Origin: a virus
Lineage: Duplodnaviria > Caudoviricetes
DNA: 52,421 bases
IMG/VR virus record: IMGVR_UViG_3300025392_000466
Coordinates: 1 to 52,421 of that record
Reading direction: 5' to 3' (one strand)
The translations under genes and the position numbers were made by a program. The notes under the pieces are model-generated. The model did not search any database and was not told where the DNA came from. It saw only the letters and a list, made by a program, of their open reading frames with translations. Below, piece by piece: positions 46,163-52,421 of the stretch (position 1 is the first letter of the stretch; each line of letters opens with the position of its first letter).

Positions 46163-46267
46163 TGTTGCGTAATAACAACACTATGTTGTTTCCATACAAC
46201 AAAATTGGAATACTTGACCAATCCATGTGGTTATTGGTTGACGGATCCATGGTTCTTCCGTTATAAT
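46163..46267 (+). promoter_or_regulatory. early promoter with two upstream palindromes
   Basis: TGTTG-N8-CAACA at 46163 and 46184; TTGACG-18-TATAAT. Confidence 0.75.
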
Positions 46268-46343
46268 CCAACCATTGTTTCGGATGATGGTTATTATATT
46301 ATATCATTATCCGATTCTATTATAACCATTATCTCTTTATATT

Positions 46344-46610
46344 ATGTCTACATTATCTCAATTAGAATCCCAATTGGCTGAATTGAATCGGTTAATCTTT
46401 GAAACTAAATGCAATAATACTGTCCAACCTGATTATGCACCTATTGACCTCTCATTATCTACTGTTACTGTAACCAATAATAAGCATAATGAGAATCGGT
46501 TAATCCAATCAGAACAGGCCCATATTGATTTTCTATTATCTGGTAAACGGATTACTGTTATTAAGCCTAAACGTAACAAAGCATTATCCAAAAAGTATTT
46601 TGGTATTTGA
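46344..46610 (+). CDS. hypothetical protein
   Basis: 88 aa, first ORF after promoter. Confidence 0.65.
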   Translation: MSTLSQLESQLAELNRLIFETKCNNTVQPDYAPIDLSLSTVTVTNNKHNENRLIQSEQAHIDFLLSGKRITVIKPKRNKALSKKYFGI

Positions 46611-46629
46611 TTGGTTAATCGGAGATAAT

Positions 46630-46905
46630 ATGAATAGGATTATGTTGAATATGCGGACTCCATTATCTCTTGATTATGGTTCTTATAATCAAATTTATAC
46701 CGACATGACGGAATTATATTTGGTTCCGTTCTCTTATGATAATGGTGGTTATAATAATCTCCATGAACCAAACTATAATCTATCCGATAATGAAGTGATA
46801 TTCAAACATAATATCATGGAAAAGATTATGCGTGTATTGGATGATAATGGTTGGAAACTGGGTAATATCAATTTTACCAGTATGACATTAACGATATTGA
46901 AATGA
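46630..46905 (+). CDS. hypothetical protein
   Basis: ATG 46630 with SD GGAG. Confidence 0.6.
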   Translation: MNRIMLNMRTPLSLDYGSYNQIYTDMTELYLVPFSYDNGGYNNLHEPNYNLSDNEVIFKHNIMEKIMRVLDDNGWKLGNINFTSMTLTILK

Positions 46906-47111
46906 AAGGAGTGATTATGCGGTTAATGAGTATGAATGAGGCGATGAGAATAGTATCTGATTATGGTCGTGATTATGGTTCGGTTAGTTTATTTGACGCC
47001 ATTGGTGATATGGAAGATAATAGAGATAATCTATTACCGCACCAGATAATGGCCATGGATATTGTAATCGGTGAATATGAATTGGTTCCACGGTGTGAAT
47101 TTGATATTTGA
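46902..47111 (+). CDS. hypothetical protein
   Basis: Start may be 46917 (SD AAGGAG). Confidence 0.6.
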   Translation: MKGVIMRLMSMNEAMRIVSDYGRDYGSVSLFDAIGDMEDNRDNLLPHQIMAMDIVIGEYELVPRCEFDI

Positions 47112-47207
47112 TATTATCATATTGGTGATATTCGGTATCGAGGTACTGGATATTCTTATAATGTGTTTACTTAATGGTCGGACATATTATAGGAAATAAT
47201 AATGATT

Positions 47208-47237
47208 AACCCGCATGGATTATCCCAGCGGGTTTTT
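47208..47237 (+). terminator. intrinsic terminator
   Basis: AACCCGC...GCGGGTT stem followed by T-run. Confidence 0.6.
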
Positions 47238-47259
47238 CAGGTGAAAGGGTTGGTTGAGG

Positions 47260-47342
47260 TGTTGTTTCCACGCAACAAATAGTCCAGTGTTCCGGTCAAC
47301 TACTAAAAAAAAGGTTGACGGATTCCTTGGTTCTGGTATAAT
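47260..47342 (+). promoter_or_regulatory. early promoter with upstream palindrome
   Basis: TGTTG-TTTCCACG-CAACA; TTGACG-16-TATAAT. Confidence 0.8.
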
Positions 47343-47390
47343 AGCCTCATTGATTCGGTACTTTGATTGTAAATTTTAAAGGAATATATT

Positions 47391-48140
47391 ATGCACTTAT
47401 TATCTACTGGTAATCCAAAAACGCTTAAAGGTATGTCACAAGGTTATAATACCTATATTCTCCATTTGGCTCCTTATACATTATCTGGCCATAATACTTG
47501 CCCAAAAGCAACCGCTGGCTGTATTATCTCCTGCCTTAATACTGCCGGTCGTGGTGGTATGTTTAAAAAAGGTGAAAATACCAATACAATTCAAAAGGCC
47601 CGTATTCGCAAAACACAATTATTTTATAATAACCGTGACGAATTCTTTTCATTATTGATTAAAGATATTCTCTTGGCTATTAAACAATCAGAGAAAATCG
47701 GTTTAATTCCCGTTTTTCGTTTAAATGGTACCAGTGATATTGCTTTTGAGAAATATGGTTTCACATATCAAGGTGTGTTTTATTCTAATATCTTTGAATT
47801 GTTTCCTAATGTCCAATTCTATGATTATACCAAGATTCTCGGTCGTAAGGTTAATGATATTAAGAATTATTCATTGACATTTTCTGCCGCTGACGGTAAT
47901 GATATTGACGTGTTAAATGCTATTAAGCAAGGTTATAATATCGCTACTGTATTTGGTATTAAGAAAACTAGCCCAATGCCTGATTATTATAATGGTTTAC
48001 CAGTATTTAACGGTGATGAGTCCGATTTGCGTTTTCTTGATCCAAAAGGTGTTATCGTTGGTTTATATGCAAAAGGTAAAGCAAAAAAAGATACTACTGG
48101 TTTTGTAAAATATCCTACCATTATGTTACAGGCAGCATAA
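47391..48140 (+). CDS. phage Gp88-like protein (Cys-rich, radical-SAM-like)
   Basis: CP.A..GC...CL..AGRG, RLNGTSD, QFYDYTK, GDESDLRF motifs. Confidence 0.7.
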   Translation: MHLLSTGNPKTLKGMSQGYNTYILHLAPYTLSGHNTCPKATAGCIISCLNTAGRGGMFKKGENTNTIQKARIRKTQLFYNNRDEFFSLLIKDILLAIKQSEKIGLIPVFRLNGTSDIAFEKYGFTYQGVFYSNIFELFPNVQFYDYTKILGRKVNDIKNYSLTFSAADGNDIDVLNAIKQGYNIATVFGIKKTSPMPDYYNGLPVFNGDESDLRFLDPKGVIVGLYAKGKAKKDTTGFVKYPTIMLQAA

Positions 48141-48193
48141 GCATTACTGATGAGGCTTTAATAGCCGAAACCGATTTTGAATCGGTCTAATGC
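48141..48193 (+). ncRNA. type I hammerhead ribozyme
   Basis: GCATTA-CTGATGA-GGCT(ttaat)AGCC-GAAA-CCGATT(ttg)AATCGG-TC-TAATGC; full core; cleavage predicted after C48187. Confidence 0.92.
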
Positions 48194-48213
48194 AACACAT
48201 AAAGGTAGATATT

Positions 48214-48399
48214 ATGTCAGTTTCTCGCAGCAAGATGGTTTTGGATTTGGTTAATAGTGAAATGCAAATGGTCCGTGGTATGAGTATGGATGAAATGGAC
48301 GAATATGTTGAATCATTATTGACTCGCATTATCAATGGTTTGCCTGATAATGAATTGACCGAAAATTATAATGAATATCTTTTCATGATTGAGGAGTGA
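48214..48399 (+). CDS. hypothetical protein
   Basis: ATG 48214 with SD AAGGT; the track's ATG at 48190 lies in ribozyme stem I. Confidence 0.65.
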   Translation: MSVSRSKMVLDLVNSEMQMVRGMSMDEMDEYVESLLTRIINGLPDNELTENYNEYLFMIEE

Positions 48400-48404
48400 T
48401 TATA

Positions 48405-48590
48405 ATGCGAGATAAAATGATTCAGGCTTTGGTTGATAATGATTTTGATTCTATTATGAGTGGTGATGCAACTGAATTGCTTAATTCATATTTGGAATTT
48501 GGACACCGTGGTTACCGTGATTATTCCACTTTGGAGTTAATCCGAGAATGTAATGAACGGGAAATTTATTTGGATATTTTAGAGGCTTAA
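48405..48590 (+). CDS. hypothetical protein
   Basis: SD GAGGAG. Confidence 0.65.
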   Translation: MRDKMIQALVDNDFDSIMSGDATELLNSYLEFGHRGYRDYSTLELIRECNEREIYLDILEA

Positions 48591-48591
48591 T

Positions 48592-48813
48592 ATGAAACGC
48601 AAATTACCATTTGATTGTTTGATTATGGATTCTGAACCTGTCGAGGTAAGAAACCCATTTTCTGGTCAATCATGTATATTAGAACCAGATGCTGTTGCCG
48701 TTTATGATTGTATTATGAGTGGTAATTTGACTGGTAACTATAAAAGAGTGGAAAAAGGTTGTGATTGGTTTCGCAAGTATTTTCCTGCTGAATATATGAT
48801 TTTATTGGATTGA
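48592..48813 (+). CDS. hypothetical protein
   Basis: 73 aa, SD GAGG. Confidence 0.7.
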   Translation: MKRKLPFDCLIMDSEPVEVRNPFSGQSCILEPDAVAVYDCIMSGNLTGNYKRVEKGCDWFRKYFPAEYMILLD

Positions 48814-48815
48814 TT

Positions 48816-48938
48816 ATGACACAAGAGTTTATCCGTAGCCAAGTTGAATATTATCGAAAGCATTTGAATTGCGGCCCAAGCCGTGATTGGAATCAGATTT
48901 TGGGATTGTATCAATACTATAAGGGGTTGTTGAAATGA
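48816..48938 (+). CDS. small hypothetical protein (40 aa)
   Basis: ATGA-coupled to next ORF. Confidence 0.5.
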   Translation: MTQEFIRSQVEYYRKHLNCGPSRDWNQILGLYQYYKGLLK

Positions 48939-49123
48939 ACGAACGAATCGCAAAACTATATGACCAAGCCTTGGTTATTGAAAGCAACGGTGATTATGTT
49001 GCTGGTGAATTGGATCCTGTAAAGTTCGCCGAATTGATTGTTCGGGAATGTATTGATACTGCCTTTCATAGAGGACATCCTGATTTAGAATTTTTGTTGA
49101 AACATTTCGGAGTTGAAGAATGA
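48935..49123 (+). CDS. hypothetical protein
   Basis: KFAELIVREC...KHFGVEE pattern. Confidence 0.65.
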   Translation: MNERIAKLYDQALVIESNGDYVAGELDPVKFAELIVRECIDTAFHRGHPDLEFLLKHFGVEE

Positions 49124-49347
49124 CAAAAGATGATATTATCACCAAATTAGAACGTGCACAAGATTTACTCGCTGAGGTATATCATTATGCCATTACCAAT
49201 GAAATTACTGATTTAGAATCGTTAATGTCAACGGCCGATGGTTGTATATGTGATGGTTTAGATGCTTTGGATTTTGATGAACCAGATTATGATGATAATC
49301 AACCAGATGAATCACAGGAATGGGAATCATTTGATCCTGATTGTTAA
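49120..49347 (+). CDS. acidic hypothetical protein
   Basis: Ends QPDESQEWESFDPDC. Confidence 0.7.
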   Translation: MTKDDIITKLERAQDLLAEVYHYAITNEITDLESLMSTADGCICDGLDALDFDEPDYDDNQPDESQEWESFDPDC

Positions 49348-49349
49348 TG

Positions 49350-49400
49350 TGTTGTAAAAAAACAACACCAGGTTGACAGGAATCCTGGTTGTGGTATAAT
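49350..49400 (+). promoter_or_regulatory. early promoter with upstream palindrome
   Basis: TGTTG-TAAAAAAA-CAACA; TTGACA-16-TATAAT; ACCAGG/CCTGGT inverted repeat around -35. Confidence 0.88.
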
Positions 49401-49432
49401 AGTGTTTTGATTGATTGAATAGGAATTATATT

Positions 49433-49939
49433 ATGTCTAATGCGAATCTTTTTAATTCTGCCGATGTTTTACCTTTGCACACTGGTATTTACATTGTCCA
49501 ACGTGGTGATAAACTGGGAACACCATATCGCTGGTTCCATGTGGAGACTGGTCAATGGGGCCGATGTGAATATGTGTTGGAAGATGCCATTGCTGCAAAA
49601 GATGCCAAAGGTGTGCTTCCTCCTCTGCCTTGGAAAGGTCCTGTCAAAGTGCAGAAGCAGGAAGTCCAACCATTAGAATTGGTTAATACTCCTACACCGG
49701 CACCAATGGTTGTTAAAACTGCAAAGGTTGCAACCCCCAAACCTGTTAAAACCACCAAGAGTGTCAAGGTATCAGTTACCAAACACCCTGACGGTACGAT
49801 TTTCTTCCGTGAGGATCGCCAGAAATGGGTTGCTATGCTTAATGGTAAACAGGAAGCCGCACGACCAACTGCCGATGCTTGCAAAGCATTTTTGGTCAAA
49901 AAAGGTTTTGATTCTACATTGATTAACGTGATTGTTTAA
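49433..49939 (+). CDS. two-domain hypothetical protein with P/K/T linker
   Basis: ATG 49433 with SD AGGA. Confidence 0.7.
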   Translation: MSNANLFNSADVLPLHTGIYIVQRGDKLGTPYRWFHVETGQWGRCEYVLEDAIAAKDAKGVLPPLPWKGPVKVQKQEVQPLELVNTPTPAPMVVKTAKVATPKPVKTTKSVKVSVTKHPDGTIFFREDRQKWVAMLNGKQEAARPTADACKAFLVKKGFDSTLINVIV

Positions 49940-49949
49940 GGAGTAAAGT

Positions 49950-50609
49950 ATGCCTAATTGGAATTATAATGTTGTCGAGGTCAGCCATTCACAAAAGAAA
50001 ATGATGGCCAAATTCAAAAAAGGTTGTAAGAATGGCCTTTTTACCGAATTCTTGCCCGTACCAGAAGAACAAAAGGAAAATTGGTATGAATGGTGCGTGA
50101 GTAATTGGGGCACCAAATGGGATGTAACCGAGGTTGATTGTATTATCGAGGGTAATTCCACAAAGGTAACATTTGATACTGCATGGGCACCTCCAATTGC
50201 ATTTTATGAACATTTGATTGAATTAGGCTTTACAGTCACCGCTTATTACTATGAGCCTGGTATGGCATTTTGTGGCATCTATGATGAATTAGGTGATGCA
50301 TATTATGAAATTGGTGATTTGAATAGTGATGAGGTAGAGGAAACTATTCCAAAAGAATTGGATGAAATGTTTGGCATTTCTGAAGAAAAGGCATCATGGG
50401 AAGATGAAGAAAATCAAGAAATTGAATTGGAAGATGCCTTTGATGATGAAATGACCGAAGAAGAAATTGAAGAAAACCTTGCCCAATTAAACGAAGCATT
50501 TGCTGAATTGGAAGCGGAACAAAATTCCGCCAAAGGTATTGCACGCCAAGAAATTCTATTGGCCATTGATAGCCTTAAAGCCGCATTGGCCGCTTTGGAT
50601 AGTGAATGA
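49950..50609 (+). CDS. DUF1281/YubB ferredoxin-like domain protein with acidic tail
   Basis: MPNW, WYEWC..NWGTKWD, FDTAWAPP, YYEPGM.FCG. Confidence 0.75.
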   Translation: MPNWNYNVVEVSHSQKKMMAKFKKGCKNGLFTEFLPVPEEQKENWYEWCVSNWGTKWDVTEVDCIIEGNSTKVTFDTAWAPPIAFYEHLIELGFTVTAYYYEPGMAFCGIYDELGDAYYEIGDLNSDEVEETIPKELDEMFGISEEKASWEDEENQEIELEDAFDDEMTEEEIEENLAQLNEAFAELEAEQNSAKGIARQEILLAIDSLKAALAALDSE

Positions 50610-50670
50610 TGTTGTAAAAATACAACACACCAAGGATTCTTGTTGACAGGATCCTTGGTTCTGGTATAAT
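50610..50670 (+). promoter_or_regulatory. early promoter with upstream palindrome
   Basis: TGTTG-TAAAAATA-CAACA; TTGACA-16-TATAAT; ACCAAGGAT/ATCCTTGGT inverted repeat around -35. Confidence 0.88.
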
Positions 50671-50696
50671 TGATGTTTTAATGATGAGGAATTGAT

Positions 50697-51188
50697 ATGG
50701 CAACTCGTTCTATGATTGGTGTTATGCACGGTGATAAATGCAAGGCAGTATATTGCCATTGGGATGGTTATTTGGCACATAATGGTCGTATTTTGTTTGA
50801 ACATTATGATTCACCAAAAGCGAATGAATTGGTTTCATTAGGTGATATTAGTTCATTGGGTAAAGAGATTGGCGAGAAGCATCCCTTTAGTTATTTTGAC
50901 TTACCTGAGGAAATGCGTAATATGACACAGGGCCAGTTTGAAGAAAAGTTTGGCAACATGACTACCTTCTATGGTCGTGACCGTGATGAGACTGATATTG
51001 ATTTTAAAACATTCAATTCATTTAAAGAATTGATTATTGCTGCATCTGGTCGTGGTGCTGAATATGTTTATATTATGAAAGATGGCCAATGGTATTATTC
51101 ATCTGTGCCTAGTTTTTATTCTGATTCCACACCAGAATTGCGTTTGATTACTGCTGAAATGTTTAAAACAGCAGAAGATGTGTTGTAA
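50697..51188 (+). CDS. conserved phage hypothetical protein
   Basis: MATRS.IG...VYCHWDGY...G..L..HY pattern. Confidence 0.75.
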   Translation: MATRSMIGVMHGDKCKAVYCHWDGYLAHNGRILFEHYDSPKANELVSLGDISSLGKEIGEKHPFSYFDLPEEMRNMTQGQFEEKFGNMTTFYGRDRDETDIDFKTFNSFKELIIAASGRGAEYVYIMKDGQWYYSSVPSFYSDSTPELRLITAEMFKTAEDVL

Positions 51189-51241
51189 AAATACAACAGC
51201 GTCCCGAAAGGCCTTGACGGCCCGGCCAACCATGTTATAAT
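51181..51241 (+). promoter_or_regulatory. early promoter with upstream palindrome
   Basis: TGTTG-TAAAAATA-CAACA; TTGACG-16-TATAAT. Confidence 0.85.
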
Positions 51242-51272
51242 GGATGTTTTGATTGATTGAACAGGAAATTTT

Positions 51273-52133
51273 ATGAGCATTTACATGATTGACGGAAAAT
51301 ATGCAGCCAACATCAACGGCAAGGTTGTTAAGCGTGCCAACCGCCGTGTGTTGGAACGTATGTTAAAATCAACCGAGCCTGTTGTTGCACCTAGTGAGTC
51401 CAAATTCTCTATCAACCAACGCTTTGGTTTTGTGCGTGACATGGTCCAAATGTTAGCCAAAGGTGACCAAGCATCAGTTGTTGTTACTGGTCCCGGTGGT
51501 CTTGGTAAGTCACACACGGTTACGGCTGCATTGTCGGATGTTGGTCTGGTTGATTTGTCTACGCTTGACGAATTGCCAGAAGGTGTAAAAGTACCTGATA
51601 ATGGTTTCAAAGTAATCAAAGGTTATTCTACACCTAAAGGTCTTTTTCGCACCTTATATGAGAATCGTAATTCGGTTATTGTGTTTGATGACTGTGATTC
51701 TGTATTAAAAGATCCTGTATCTCTTAACTTGCTCAAGGCTGCATTGGACTCTTATTCACGCCGTATTATCTCATGGCGTGCAGATATTCGTGATGAGGAC
51801 CTGCCTAATGTGTTTGAATTCAAAGGTCGTGTTGTGTTTATCTCTAACCTTGCATCATCATCTATGGATCAGGCCATTATCTCTCGGTCATTGGCTGTTG
51901 ACTTGTCTATGACATCACAACAAAAGGTCGAACGTATGCGCCATTTGATTAATCAGCCAGATTTTATGGAAGATTATGACATGGCCCACAAGGTTGATGC
52001 TATGAATTTGATTTCTGATTTGTGTAGTAATGTTAAAGAGTTGTCTTTACGCACACTTATTCAGGTTACAAAGATTCGCAAATCTGCTGGTGATAACTGG
52101 AAAGATTTGGCTGAATACGCAATTTGCGGTTAA
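51273..52133 (+). CDS. AAA+ family ATPase
   Basis: GPGGLGKS Walker A, VIVFDDCD Walker B, FISN, AIISRS. Confidence 0.85.
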   Translation: MSIYMIDGKYAANINGKVVKRANRRVLERMLKSTEPVVAPSESKFSINQRFGFVRDMVQMLAKGDQASVVVTGPGGLGKSHTVTAALSDVGLVDLSTLDELPEGVKVPDNGFKVIKGYSTPKGLFRTLYENRNSVIVFDDCDSVLKDPVSLNLLKAALDSYSRRIISWRADIRDEDLPNVFEFKGRVVFISNLASSSMDQAIISRSLAVDLSMTSQQKVERMRHLINQPDFMEDYDMAHKVDAMNLISDLCSNVKELSLRTLIQVTKIRKSAGDNWKDLAEYAICG

Positions 52134-52163
52134 TTTTCTTTTACTCTTATAATTTTTTATATC

Positions 52164-52421
52164 ATGATTACTTTGAATTTAAAAACTGGCACCATTGTTT
52201 TACCTAATGGATTTGATGTTGATTTGTCTGACCCAGAAAATTGTGTGATTAAGGAATCTGGTTCAGTTGATCTCGATAAGAAACCAGAATATGTTTCCGA
52301 TACTATTGCAGACCTGAAACACGGTGATGTTGCTCGACAAGTCCGTGCTAAGTTTGGTCGTGTAGGTAATACAGATATTGTTACAGCACATAGTTATAGC
52401 ACAGTCTGGTCGGCATTCAAT
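52164..52421 (+). CDS. hypothetical protein, truncated by window end
   Basis: Open from ATG 52164 to end of window. Confidence 0.55.
   Translation, partial: MITLNLKTGTIVLPNGFDVDLSDPENCVIKESGSVDLDKKPEYVSDTIADLKHGDVARQVRAKFGRVGNTDIVTAHSYSTVWSAFN

Noticed and set aside
39821-51241. TGTTG..CAACA copies as IS ends or CRISPR repeats
   Set aside because: No transposase, irregular kb-scale spacing, always tied to promoters

Overview
Segment of a large AT-rich T4-like (myovirus-type) phage genome, standard genetic code. From left to right: a 10-tRNA cluster with an embedded YkuK/RNase H-like gene; a minus-strand late operon of five exported or membrane proteins, including an Asn-rich repeat protein; core replication genes (gp43, uvsX, gp40, gp41); a nine-gene glycosyl/methyl/phospho-transfer cluster; a late block of probable capsid-internal proteins; a lysis/envelope module (Rz/Rz1-like spanins, GH19 endolysin); primase, thyX, nrdA/thioredoxin/nrdB and rnh; then an early region of small genes behind repeated sigma70-type promoters that share a TGTTG-N8-CAACA palindrome. 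Main observations: (1) in-frame peptide cassettes bounded by a conserved GC-rich DNA repeat encoding (Q)GVAEG, a likely prohead-protease site, with the block flanked by a 10-bp direct repeat; (2) GATC almost absent except as GGATC/GATCC, suggesting context-specific DNA modification; (3) three consecutive ~9-10% His enzyme-like proteins or domains with capsid-targeting-like N-termini, two of them sharing an identical leader hairpin; (4) a type I hammerhead ribozyme; (5) a DnaA-box cluster in a divergent promoter hub. All calls are from reading the sequence by eye; no searches were run.
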